From contig JAXLNO010000385.1 in NCBI GenBank assembly GCA_038087875.1, forward strand, positions 62,001 to 126,000: 64,000 nt of DNA, read 5' to 3'. This document shows positions 1 to 10,798 of the stretch, one piece after another; within the stretch, counting starts at the first letter, position 1; each line of letters begins with the position of its first letter. The notes under the pieces are model-generated. The model was not told the origin of the DNA and did no database searches. It saw nothing but the letters and a program-made list of their open reading frames with translations. The position numbers and the translations under genes are program-made. The DNA is from Malacoraja senta (lineage: Eukaryota).

Positions 1-488
1 TGGGACCGGCCACACGATGCCCGTGCGCCTCAAATTTGAGTGCCGAGGACACGTAAGTGGGACAGGCCCTTTAGAATCCGGCACCAGAGTGGCACCGTTA
101 ATGGATTCATTCCACAGTGAGTTCAGTTTGGTAACAACACACGCCGGTAGATCCGCGGCCACTGGTTCATGGGATCGATCCAGTTATTGACCAACAGGCG
201 GTGGAATCCGACTGTGACGGACTCCACAGTGAGACGCGTCCACAGGAGCGGGTGTTCACTCGGATCAATAACTCAGACACAGTGACCTTCACAATGTAAT
301 CCCCTCCCAGTCTCACCGTCCCGGAGAGCTGCCTGTCCCGAGCACTGGGACAACTCTGGGCAAGGTCCCACTGAAGGCAGGAACAACATTCTAGTGGGTC
401 CCGGCAGTGAGTGAAAATGAGGGTTAGTTTCAACTATCTGAAAATAAAAAAAAATCACAGCGTTAATTAAAAAATATTTCACTAAAAG

Positions 489-1420
489 GGTTGACAGAAA
501 TGCTGGAGAAACTCAGCGTGTGAGGAGCATCTATGGAGCAAAGGAAACTGGCGACGTTTCGGGTCGAGACCCTTCTTCAGACTGATGTGGGGGGGGGAGA
601 AATGAAGAGGCGCGGACAGTGGGCTGTGGGAGAGCTGGGAAGGGGAGGGGAAAGAAGGAGAAAGCAGGGACTATCTGAAATTGGAGAAGTCAATGTTCAT
701 ACTGTTGGGGTGTAAACTACCCAAGCGAAATATGAGGTGCTGCTCCTCCAATTTGCGCTGGGCCTCACTCTGGCCATTGAGGAGGCCCAGGACAGAAAGG
801 TCGGATTCGGAATGAGAGGGGGAGTTGAAGTGCTGAGCCACCGGGAGATCGGGTTGGTTATTGCGAACCGAGCGGAGGTGTTCGGCGAAACGTTCGCCCA
901 AGCCTACGCTTGGTCTCACCGATGTAGAGCAGCTGACATCTAGAGCAGCGGATGCAGTAGATGAGGTTGGAAGAGATGCAGGTGAACCTCTGTCGCACCT
1001 GGAACGACTGCTTGGGTCCTTGGATAAAGTCGACGTGGGATGTAAAGCGACAAGTGTAGCATTTCCTGCGGTTGCAAGGGAAAGTGCCAGGAGAGGGGGT
1101 GGTTTGGATGGGAATGGACGAATTGACCAGGGAGTTACAGGGGGAATGGTCTCTGCGGAAAGCAGACAGGGGAGGAGATGGGAAGATGTGGCCAGCGATG
1201 GGATCCCGTTGGAGGTGGCGAAAATGTCGGAGGATTATTTGTTGTATGTGACGGCTGGTAGGGTGGAAGGTGAGGACAAAGGGGACTCTGCCCTTGTTAC
1301 GAGTGGCGGGATGGGGAGTGAGAGCAGATTTACGGGGTATAGAAGAGACCCTGGTGAGAGCCTCATCTATGGTAGAAGAGGGGAACCCCCGTTCCCTTAA
1401 GAATGAGGACATCTCTGATG
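489..1420 (-). mobile_element. Penelope-like retroelement 3' part: linker plus GIY-YIG endonuclease (frameshifted) and terminal repeat
   Basis: ORFs 858-1412 and 671-919 join across a frameshift to give CNRRKCYTC...NLIYCIRCSRCQLLYIGETKRRLG/RFAEHLRSV...PVAQHFN...RKLEEQHLIFRLGSLHPNSMN, the typical PLE GIY-YIG domain. Confidence 0.9.
554..584 (-). ncRNA. Minimal type I hammerhead ribozyme motif in the PLE terminal repeat
   Basis: Minus strand reads AGU-CUGAAGA-A-GGGUC-UC-GACCC-GAAAC-GUC: CUGANGA box, perfect 5-bp stem II, GAAA box and GUC cleavage triplet. Confidence 0.75.
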
Positions 1421-1458
1421 CCTCTAAAAGTGTTAAAATACTTTACATATTCTTTACA

Positions 1459-2784
1459 TAAGGGTTTGGACACACTAGAGGCAGGAAACATGTTCCCGAT
1501 GTTGGGGGAGTCCAGAACCAGGGGCCACAGTTTAAGATTAAGGGGTCGGCCATTTAGAACGGAGACGAGGAAACACTTTTTCTCACAGAGAGTGGTGAGT
1601 CTGTGGAATTCTCTGCCTCAGAGGGCGGTGGAGGCAGGTTCTCTGGATGCTTTCAAGAGAGAGTTAGATAGGGCTCTTAAAAATAGCGGAATCGGGGGAT
1701 ATGGGGAGAAGGCAGGAACGGGGTACTGATTGAGGATCATGGATCATCATGGATCATGGATCATGGAAACGTTATTGTCATTCAGACCTTTCGGTCTGAA
1801 CGAAATTTCGTTGTCTTGCAGTCATACATATAATAAAATAACAAAACACACAATAAACACAAATTTAACATCCACCACATTGAGTTCACCAGACACCTCC
1901 TCACTGTGATGGAAGGCAACAATCTTAAGTCTTTGTCTCTTCCCTCCTTGTTCTCCCTCTGCGCGAAGGCGATCCAGGCCTCCGATGTTGTGACCCCCAC
2001 CGGGTGATGGTAAGTAAGTCCCGCGGCCCAACCGTGCTCCGCGAACAGGCCGGTTCAATCTCCACTGCCCGGGGTAGTCGAAGCTGCCGCCCTCCAGTCC
2101 AGCGGACGATGCTGTTGCCGCGGGAGCTCTGGGAAAACAGGTCACCAACCTGTGACCTTCGAGCTCCCGATGTTGTCGTCTACTGGGCCCGCGGCCGAAC
2201 CTCCGAAGTGGGGTCGCCGCCGCCGTAACGCCACCTCAGCCCCGAGTCGGGACGCCGTCGGAACGCCACCTCAGCCCCGAGTCGGGACGCCGCCGGAACG
2301 CCACCTCAGCCCCGAGTCGGGTCGCCGCCGGAACGCCACCTCAGGCCCAAGTCGGGCAGCCGCCGGAACCCGCCACAACCCCGAGTCGGGCCGCCGCAGG
2401 AACGCCAGAACCCGCCACAGCCCCGGAGTGGGCCAGCCTCGCGCTGGTAAGTCCTGGCTGGCTCTGCCTCCGGTGCCTCGAGGTCGGTCGCAGTTGGAGG
2501 CCGCCAGCTCCGCCATTAGGGCCTCAACGCAGACGGAGAAGGAGACGGGGGATACGACAAGAAAAGTCGCATTGCCCCGGAAGGAAGAGACTAAAACGCG
2601 TTGCTCCCACCCCCCTCCACACACATACACAACCTATTAACTCAAATTAACTAACTAAAACAGGACAAGAGAACAAAAAATAAAATAAAAAAATGATCAG
2701 CCATGACAACAGTGAATGGCGGTGCTTGCTCTAAGGGCCGAATGACCTCCCCCTGCACCTATTGTCGATTGTCTATTGTCTATT
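1459..2784 (+). mobile_element. CR1/HER1 LINE 3' fragment (1459-1735 plus 2693-2784), split by an insertion
   Basis: ...SRTRGHSL...FFSQRVVSLWNSLP...FKRELD ORF2 C-terminus; the 3' UTR resumes at 2693 (atgatcagccatgac...) and ends in (attgtct)n. Confidence 0.9.
1736..2692 (-). mobile_element. Non-autonomous GC-rich retroposon-like insertion with a (TGATCCA)n tail
   Basis: Interrupts the CR1 3' UTR; tandem tail at 1736-1766, hairpin at 1781-1800, internal ~35-bp tandem repeats at 2205-2430; no recognisable coding capacity. Confidence 0.55.
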
Positions 2785-2888
2785 CCTGTACAACGATCAT
2801 CGGTTGGGAATTTTGTAACATGATCAGAATCCGGTCAACATCGGTTAACACACGGAATTATACAACTTGAATTGTTCTGATCACTTAC

Positions 2889-2967
2889 CAGGGACTCCAA
2901 CTGCAGCAATGATCACGTACAAGATTTTCTCCACACGCAGATATTCCTGAAGTTCATCACTGTGCAT
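2889..2967 (-). CDS. Exon 1 of a GPR139/GPR142-like GPCR (exon 2 presumably left of the window)
   Basis: MHSDELQEYLRVEKILYVIIAAVGVP-G followed by a GTAAGT donor (2888-2883). Same phase-1 position and similar sequence as exon 1 of the other two receptor copies (RIEYIYYPTIAAVAVS-G). Confidence 0.75.
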
Positions 2968-3274
2968 GTTTTTCAGCCCAGCGACGTGTCCCCGTGAGCT
3001 CCGTCTCTGGCAATGTCTCGGAATGGAATGCTGAGGCGGACCATTCCTGGAGATGTTTATACCATTTTCCGTCTCCACCGGGACAGTGGAGTTTCAACAG
3101 AGTTAAAAATTGAGATTTTGAAATTATTCGCAAAACAGATGACATCAGCCAAGTGAAATCTCCGCTGAGACGGGCTGTGGTGTATTCGGGGAATTGATTG
3201 AGAAACTGCAAAGACTGGGAATTGTGGCCTGACTGAGGAATGGAAATTGGAAGCGGCGGCATTGTTCCAGCAAA

Positions 3275-3862
3275 GTCAAGTAAAGTCGTCACATTTATTT
3301 ATATAGCACATTTAAAAATCAACTCTCGTTGGCCAAAGTGCTTTACATTTGTTATAAGAATGTATAAACAAACAAACTACATACATATATACATATAGCC
3401 CTCGCTCAGAGGACGTCAAGAAAGGATTGGGAGTATAGATGGGTTTTTAGTCTCGACTTAAAGGCAGTTCTGATGGGAAGGGGGATGCTGTTCCACAGTC
3501 TAGGAGCTGCAACCGCAAAGGCCCGGTCGCCCCTGAGCCTAGACCGCGGGATATTCAGCAACCCCAAGTCGGCCGATCTGAGGGACCTGGAGGTGGAGTG
3601 GTGGGTAAGAAGACTTCTGATGTAGGTTAGGGCAAGCCCATTGAGGGCTTCGCAGACATGGAGGAGGATCTTGAAATTTAAAGCAAGTGGAGAGAGGCCA
3701 GGATCGGGGTGATGTGGTCCCTTTTCGCGTGCCCGTCAGGAGTCTCGCTGCGGTGTTTTGGACCAGTTGCAGGCGGGACAGGGAAGATTGGCTGATGCCA
3801 GTGTAAAGGGAGTTGCAGTAATCTAGGCGGGAGGAGATAAATGTGTGGATGATCTTTTCGAG
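3275..3862 (-). mobile_element. L2-clade LINE 3' fragment
   Basis: Degenerate SRLDYCNSL...RDHITPILASLH motifs and an L2-type tail (aaagcactttg...aaatgtgctatataaataaa). Confidence 0.8.
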
Positions 3863-4999
3863 GTCCCACGCTTTCTCTCTCCTGTCAACCTTACAGCTGT
3901 CACTCTCGCTGACCTGTTACTCTCTCTCATACACACTCTCTCCTCCCTCTCTGCGCCACCCTCTCTCTGTCAACCTCACTATCCCTACCCCTCCCTCTCG
4001 CTCTCATTGCATCCATCCCTCCGTTTTTCTCTGGCGACCTGACCCTTCCCTCTCTCCCTTTTGTCAATCCTTCAGCGGTGAAACAGAATCATCAGAAGCA
4101 GAATCAGAATCAGAATCATGGGGTTCACTGTCTAGGGCTTCATAATGCAGAGGGCATTATAAACAGTTGCCGCAAAAAAAGATTGTGTGTGGATCTGGTA
4201 TATCTGGGTATTGAAGGCGCTTCTGGTCTGCAGTGTGCAATAGTCACCAAAATACGCTGCATCTTTAGAAAGGAAAAATACAAAACATGTCAATCCCACT
4301 GGATAGGCCTTAGTCATGGTGCTGTACAACACGGAAACAGGTTCTTTGGCCCAGCTTGGCCGTGCCGTCCAAGTTGGCGTCTTGGGATAGTCCTATTTGC
4401 CTGCATGTGGCCTATAGCCCTCTAACCCCTTCCCATCCATTTATCTGTCGTTAATAACCTCAAGAAAATATTAAGTCTACGTGAGCCTGCTTCAGTTTCC
4501 TGGGTCCAACTCGGAGAGAAGTCTCCCCCCTCTCCAGGGTTCATCGCTCCACTGTTTACAATGCTCTCTGCATTATGAAGTCCTCGACAGTGAACCCCAT
4601 GGGCAATCACTACCAAAGTGTCTGCCCACACAGTCAGTACACTTGTCTCCCGTACTAAGTCACCCTAACCCCCCCCTCCCCACACTCCCCTCCACTCCCC
4701 CCTCCCCCTCACCCCCCACCTTTCCCTTCCAACTCCAGTCCCGTCCCGACCCCCTGGGAAACTGAAGGGAGCGACAATCAACTGCCACGGATACAAATAA
4801 CGTCATACACAAGAAAGGACAGATGCTGGTTGACAAAAAGTGAACACACAGTGCTGGAGTAACACAACGACGCATCAGAAATTTGCAAACGTCATCCCGT
4901 CACCCATTCCTTCTCTCCAGAGATGCTGCCTGCCCCGCTGAGTTAAAGAGTGCCCACGGTAGACTCACGCATCACTACGGTAAACTCACGGGCCACTAC

Positions 5000-5982
5000 C
5001 TTCTTTTTATTTGTTTTATTTGTATTTTTATTAGAAGTAAGTACAGTAATATATATTGACATGTTACATTGTATGCTCAGCTTCTTATTTATTTTTAATA
5101 ATGAAAGAGAGAAAGAGAGAATAGGTAATAAAAAAATAGAAAAACGTGTGATGTATGGTGTGTGTAAAGGAAAAAGGGGGAAAAAAGAGGGAAAGTGAAG
5201 AAAAAAAAGGAGAGAGAAAGAGAAAGAGTAGAGAGTAGGAAATTATAGGAGATCGTTATTTATATTCTTGACCATCCTTCACCCAGTCCTGAAACAGTTG
5301 GTTTCTACGATTTTGTTGCACCATATGCTTCCAAAAAGTCGCTAAATGGAGACCAACTCGTTAAGAATTGGTCTGATCTATTAGGAGGAATCGAATTTCT
5401 TCAAGATGTGCGGTGTCCAACATGCTTTGAAATCCACCTTTTAAGCGTTGGTATGGGTGTATTTTTCCAAAATTTAAGTATATGTTTTTTTGCCGTTATT
5501 AACCCATAATTTAAAAAAATGAATTTTGAAATTGTGTTCAATTTGTTCCCGTCTTCCGTTGCTCCAAATATAGTAATTTCAGGGTTAGGCTCCATTTTTA
5601 TCTTGAATAATTTAGTAAATATTTCAAAGATATCGCTCCAGAATTTATAAAGTTTTATGCAGGAAACAAGAGAGTGTGTTATAGTAGCATTTTGAGATAA
5701 ACATTTATCACAAATGGGGGAAGTATTAGGATAGAATTTATTCAGTCTAGTTTTTGAATAATATAATCTGTGTAAAATTTTAAATTGAGTTAAGTTATGT
5801 CTTACATTAATCGAACATTTGTGTATATATATCAAATACTATTCACATGTTTCTTGCGTGATTTTTATCATTAATTCTCGTTCCCAATCTTCTCTAAGTG
5901 CCACTGTCGATGGTAGTTCTATATTTAAAATACTATTATATAAATATGATATTAATTTCTGTGAGTCAGCCTTAATATTCAT
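5000..5982 (-). mobile_element. 5'-truncated L1/Tx1-type LINE inserted in a MITE
   Basis: QFKILHRLYY...CDKC...H...C zinc-knuckle C-terminus of ORF2; 10-bp target-site duplication GGGCCACTAC at 4990-4999 and 5983-5992. Confidence 0.85.
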
Positions 5983-6642
5983 GGGCCACTACGTTCTTAC
6001 AACGAGTTTAAATGTTTCAATTTTTAACTTCAAGCGTAAATTTGACTCGTGGAAATCTTTCATCATGTTGAAAGATTTTCACGAGTTAACAAGTTTCCCG
6101 AGTACCTGCCTGTAAAGAGTCTATAACGAGGCATCGTTACTTTACTATCTTTATTCATACTGGAGCATTACATATTGCCCTAGCTGTACGTGGTCTGTCA
6201 CAGGAACTAGAGAGCGATCTGTGGGTGGGGAGGTTGTAGTTATACTCGTGATATGGGGAGCGGTTAGTAGGTATGAGGTCACTATGTTAAAGGCACATGC
6301 ATATATCATCTACATCCTTCCCCTTCGAAACGACCACGGCTCATGCGCTAGGACAGTTAAACAAAATCGCCATAGCGGACAGGCGGTTTGACAAGACGTG
6401 CCGACCGGGTTCGCATCTCGCCATCCTCCCTTCCGGTAGGAAGAAGAGGCACCGATGGGGGCAGACGAACCTGAAAGGGGGAAACGGAAGGAGACGGAGG
6501 AGACCGCGGCACCAAAAGCGAAGGTGATGCGGGATCAGGAGCGGGCAGAGCGCGGGCAGGCGAGCGAGGACTAGTCGGAGCAGGGTGGGACTGAAGGAGT
6601 TGAGGTGGTGTAGACCGTTGCATGTTAGGAAGGACTAGCAGA

Positions 6643-9600
6643 TCAACGCCCGGACGCGAAGTCGGCAGTGGGGGAAGCAAAAGGATCCGCGGCAGGAGTA
6701 CGCGGCTCGTTGACGAGCCGAAGGTGCTGGCGGGACCGTCGGTAAATGGCTCCCGCATGGTTGACGAGATAGGACCTGGGCGACCCCGCAGAGCCGACGA
6801 CTGTAGCGAGCTTGGAGTGACCGGAAGGGGGTCTGCATACGGACAACTTGACCGGGGAAGAGGCGCGGCAGCGGGTGGCAGGACCTGTCATGGGAACGCT
6901 TTTGGACATCGTGCCTGAAGGCAATGCGTTTCTGAACCGCCGCAGGCGGGAGGACGGAGGGTATGAGGGAGCGCTGGGCCACCGGGAGCGGGAGCCTGGT
7001 AGCGCGAGACATGAGCCGCTGAGCCGGGGAACCCATGGTAGCGTCGCGGGAAATGTTGCGGAGGTTGAGGAGGGCCAGATGGAAATCGGAGTTAATGCCA
7101 CCACACTGTTCCAGCAGGTGCTTCGCGCTGCGGACGGCACGCTCGGCCAGACCGTTACTTTGCGGGTACTCCGGGCTGCTGGTGAAATGGCGGAAGTTCC
7201 ATCTGGAAGCGAACGCTTTAAACTCGGAGCTCGTGAACTGGCTTGCCGGGGGCCAAAAGTGCCAAAATGAGGGTATAACCTGTCGATGATGGTCGAAGAG
7301 GTTAGGGAGCGCAGCCGGTCGACCACAAACCAGCTGGAGTAGGAGTCAACGAGAACCAGGAAGTGTTTGCCTCGCCACTCGAAAATGTCGGCGGCAAGCG
7401 CCATCCAGGGCAGTTCGGACGCGGGCTGCTGTAGAAGCGGCTGACGCTGCTGATGGGGGGCGCGGCTGTTGCAGGTGGAACACGAGGAGACCCTCTCCCG
7501 GATGTATTTGGCCATATCCGGCCAATAGAACTGGCTCCTGGCGAGAGACACGGTGGCTTCGGCCCCAGGGTGACCGCGGTGTGCGACTTGAAAATATTGG
7601 TCGTGCAGCGCCACGGGCACGACCACTTTGTGACCCTTCACCACCACGCCGTCGTGCAGTACGAGCTCGTCCCGAATCAGGAAGTAGGGCACGGCACCAG
7701 CCGGCAGTGCCGAACGACGGTCAGGCCAGCCCTGCCGGATGACGGCAGACAGCTGTTGCAGGGCAGGGTCATTGGTAGTGTGTTCAACCAGGGACTTCAT
7801 CTGTTGCGAGGGGACGATGTTCAATCGTAGCACCAATAACTCAGACATTTCATATTGGTGGCGAGCGGTGGACGTCAGCGGGGCGCGAGACAACGTGTCG
7901 GCCACGAACATGTCCTTGCCCGTACGATAAACCACCGTGAACGTGAAGCGCTGGAGCTGCAGCATCATGCGCTGCAGGCGTGATGAGGCCACATGGATCG
8001 ATTTGTTGAGGATGGTGACAAGTGGCTGATGGTCAGTTTCAACGGTGAAAGTGTTGCCCACGACGTAGTCCCGGAATTTGGAGCAGGCAAACACCACGGC
8101 CAGTAGCTCCTTCTCAATCTGCGCGTAGTGCTGTTCGGTGGCGGTCATGGTGCGGGACGCGAAGGAGACAGGCAGCTGCAGGCCGTCATGGACCTGGAGG
8201 CAGGCGGCACCGAGTCCGAACTCAGAGGCGTCGCAGGTGAGGACAATGGGACGCTGCAGGTCAAAGAACTTGAGCGTGGGGGTGCTGATCAGCTTAGACT
8301 TAAGAATGTCAAATGCCTTCTGATGGTTGGGTAACCAAAGCCAGGACGTGTCCTTTTTGATCAGATCCCTCAGGGGAGTGCTGAGCTCGCTGAGGTCGGG
8401 GATGAACTTCCCCAGGTAGTTTACCAAGCCGAGGAAGCGTTGCAGGCCTGCCACATTGGTAGGAGGGGGCATCCCTGAGATGGCAGCCGTTTTCTGCGGG
8501 TCTGGCTTTAATCCCTCAGCGGTGAATACATGTCCAACATAGGTGACCTCCGAGACGCGGAATCGGCACTTCTTGGGGTTCAGTTTCAAGTTGATTTGCC
8601 GGGCCCGGTCCAGGACCAGGCGGAGGTTGACATCGTGTTCGGCAACATCCTTACCGTAAACGAGGATGTCGTCAACAATTATGGCGCAAGGCAGATCTAA
8701 AAACAACTGCTCCATGGTCCGCTGAAATACCTCGCTGGCAGAGTTGATCCCGAATGGCATTCGGAGGAACCGAAACCTTCCGTAGGGGGTGGCGAAAGTT
8801 GTCAAAATGGACGACCGCTCGTCCAGTGGTATCTGCCAGAAGGAGCTTTTGGCATCGAGGACAGAAAAAACCGTTGCTGGACCAACCTGTGCAGCGACGT
8901 CTTCCACCGTTCTCATAGGGTAGTGAGGGCGTCGAATGGCCAGGTTGAGGTCTTTGGGGTTGATGCAGATGCGTATCTCGCTCATGTCCTTTTTAGCAGC
9001 AACAACCATGGAAGAGACCCAGCTGGTGGGCTCGACGACCGCCTTTAGGACGCCCATTTGTACCATACTGTGTAGGGTCGCCTCCACTCTGTCCCTCATG
9101 GCGAAGGAGACACGGTGAGGAGCATGGACCACAGGAACGATCTTATGGTCCACTACAATCTTGTAGCTGCAGGGTAGTTTGCCTAGCGTATCATCAAAGC
9201 GGTCGGGATAATCGGCCAGCGGGTCCATAAGAGTCTGCACCTGGTGGATGTCCCGGTGGAAGTACACCAGTCCCATTTCCTGGCATGCCTGCATCCCCAG
9301 CAGGGGAATGCATTTTCGATTGAGGAGATAGATGGTGAGGGGCCGAGTGGTCTCTAGTATCTTACAGTGTAGCGTGGCCTTGCCCACAGGAGTAAGAATC
9401 TCCCCACCGTAGGCATGCAAGGTTGAGCTCTGAGAAAATATCTGCTCATTAGTTCTTATCTGGTTGAAAAGGGTTGTTGACATTACGTTGGTCACCGTGT
9501 CGATTTTAGCAGTGAAGGTCGAGTTGTTCACAGTGACTTGCACAGAAGGATCCGTTATCATAGCAGGTGCGTCCAACACGGTAAACAAGTTGGTCTCCCC

Positions 9601-10029
9601 CTGAGAGGAGTCAGATGTAGAAACAGAATGTTCATCGGAATAGCACTGGGAGCTGATCTCGTTGTCAGCTTGTAGAAGGTTGTTTAAATTTCCCCTTCGA
9701 GCAGCGACAGGCTTCCCACGGGAACGACAAGCCGCAGCAAAATGGTTCAATTTATTGCAGACATTGCAAGTCTTTCCCAAAGCAGGGCACACATTGAATT
9801 GATGAGTTGTGAAGTTGCAATTAGGGCACATTTGCTGGGTACCTCCCCTTGTAGCAGTACCGAACCCCGGGGCGCGTCCCCCTCGAGCAGCGAGCGACCC
9901 TGGGGGTCGCGACTGGGGTGTGTTCATGAGATGACTGGGAGTGCTGGCAAAGTTGATCGCCCGCTCAGCCGGCGGCGCCGCCGAGGAAACAGCGTCAGCT
10001 AAGCGAGTAGCGTGCATAGCATCGGCCAA
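6643..10029 (-). CDS. Gypsy gag-pol polyprotein (zinc knuckles, protease, RT, RNase H, integrase), probably defective
   Basis: CNVCNKLNHFAAAC knuckle; KIDT protease site lacking the GA; LDAKSSFWQI, MPFGI and IIVDDIL in RT; CDAS...YAQIEKE...TDH RNase H; HHCC and ADIF/VDSYS integrase. A deletion and frameshift near 7250 removes the DNG motif. Confidence 0.9.
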   Translation of the reverse strand: MADAMHATRLADAVSSAAPPAERAINFASTPSHLMNTPQSRPPGSLAARGGRAPGFGTATRGGTQQMCPNCNFTTHQFNVCPALGKTCNVCNKLNHFAAACRSRGKPVAARRGNLNNLLQADNEISSQCYSDEHSVSTSDSSQGETNLFTVLDAPAMITDPSVQVTVNNSTFTAKIDTVTNVMSTTLFNQIRTNEQIFSQSSTLHAYGGEILTPVGKATLHCKILETTRPLTIYLLNRKCIPLLGMQACQEMGLVYFHRDIHQVQTLMDPLADYPDRFDDTLGKLPCSYKIVVDHKIVPVVHAPHRVSFAMRDRVEATLHSMVQMGVLKAVVEPTSWVSSMVVAAKKDMSEIRICINPKDLNLAIRRPHYPMRTVEDVAAQVGPATVFSVLDAKSSFWQIPLDERSSILTTFATPYGRFRFLRMPFGINSASEVFQRTMEQLFLDLPCAIIVDDILVYGKDVAEHDVNLRLVLDRARQINLKLNPKKCRFRVSEVTYVGHVFTAEGLKPDPQKTAAISGMPPPTNVAGLQRFLGLVNYLGKFIPDLSELSTPLRDLIKKDTSWLWLPNHQKAFDILKSKLISTPTLKFFDLQRPIVLTCDASEFGLGAACLQVHDGLQLPVSFASRTMTATEQHYAQIEKELLAVVFACSKFRDYVVGNTFTVETDHQPLVTILNKSIHVASSRLQRMMLQLQRFTFTVVYRTGKDMFVADTLSRAPLTSTARHQYEMSELLVLRLNIVPSQQMKSLVEHTTNDPALQQLSAVIRQGWPDRRSALPAGAVPYFLIRDELVLHDGVVVKGHKVVVPVALHDQYFQVAHRGHPGAEATVSLARSQFYWPDMAKYIRERVSSCSTCNSRAPHQQRQPLLQQPASELPWMALAADIFEWRGKHFLVLVDSYSSWFVVDRLRSLTSSTIIDRLYPHFGTFGPRQASSRAPSLKRSLPDGTSAISPAARSTRKVTVWPSVPSAARSTCWNSVVALTPISIWPSSTSATFPATLPWVPRLSGSCLALPGSRSRWPSAPSYPPSSRLRRFRNALPSGTMSKSVPMTGPATRCRASSPVKLSVCRPPSGHSKLATVVGSAGSPRSYLVNHAGAIYRRSRQHLRLVNEPRTPAADPFASPTADFASGR

Positions 10030-10174
10030 AGTCAGATCCGGCTTGCGCAGAAGTTCGGCCCCGAGCTTCTCATCACGGAGACCGTAAACCAGAAAGTCCC
10101 TGATAATCTCATCGGGGTTCCACGCGTGGAGGCGGCAGCGCCTTCCGAGGTGCCGCAGCGCAATGACATAGTTC

Positions 10175-10528
10175 TCAGCAGATTCCCCAGGGAGCTGACG
10201 TTCTGAGTTTAAAACGTTCTAAGATGCAATTAGTCGGAATGTCACAAATAGCGTCAAACTTAGCCAACAGACATACCGGGTCCCGAGCTGATTCTCCCGC
10301 AGCGTAGACGAAGAAGTCGGAGCGAGTCAGTGCCTCTGGACCAGCCAAGTTGAGAAGCAGAGAGGCTTTGAGAGCGGGGGTGGCGTCAGGATGAGCGATC
10401 GTGAAATAGTGTTCAAAGTCACGTTTGAATATGTCCCATCGAAGGGCGATGTCTAAATCAAAAATGAGCACATCGGGCTTACGGGCGGAAGAGGCCATGA
10501 CAAAGAAACAGGAGGGCGGGGGAAACAA
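10175..10528 (-). pseudogene. Gypsy gag N-terminal part (frameshifted from the downstream ORF)
   Basis: W..FKRDFEHYF...KASLLLNLAGPEAL...N..LERFKL, Mag-type gag; directly follows the PBS. Confidence 0.75.
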
Positions 10529-10798
10529 AAAACTGGGACAAAATTAAATGATAAACCGATAAACAGGAGGCGCAAGGTAAGTTATGTGACACCATGTAAA
10601 GGATTCTTAACGAGGCGTCGTTACTTTACTATCTTTATTCATACTGGAGCATTACACATAGCACTAGCTGTACGTGGTCTGTCACAGGAACTAGAGAGCG
10701 ATCTGTGGGTGGGGAGGTTGTAGATATACTTGTGGTATGGGGAGTGGTTAGTAGGTATGAGGTCACTATGTTAAAGGCACATGCATATCTCATCTACA

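Larger units (their letters stand above)
6111..10798 (-). mobile_element. Gypsy (Mag-like) LTR retrotransposon, near full length
   Basis: 204-bp TG...CA LTRs at 6111-6314 and 10595-10798; PBS-like TGGTGTCA at 10594-10587; polypurine tract GAAGGGGAAGGA at 6326-6315; gag-pol ORFs inside. Confidence 0.95.

Noticed and set aside
167..456. Strong minus-strand splice acceptor at 439 downstream of the lone GPCR exon 1
   Set aside because: Splicing there gives G|AT AGT TGA (immediate stop) and no GPCR similarity; it cannot be supported as exon 2.
6622..10206. Plus-strand ORFs within the Gypsy element
   Set aside because: Antisense shadows of GC-rich pol with no domain features.
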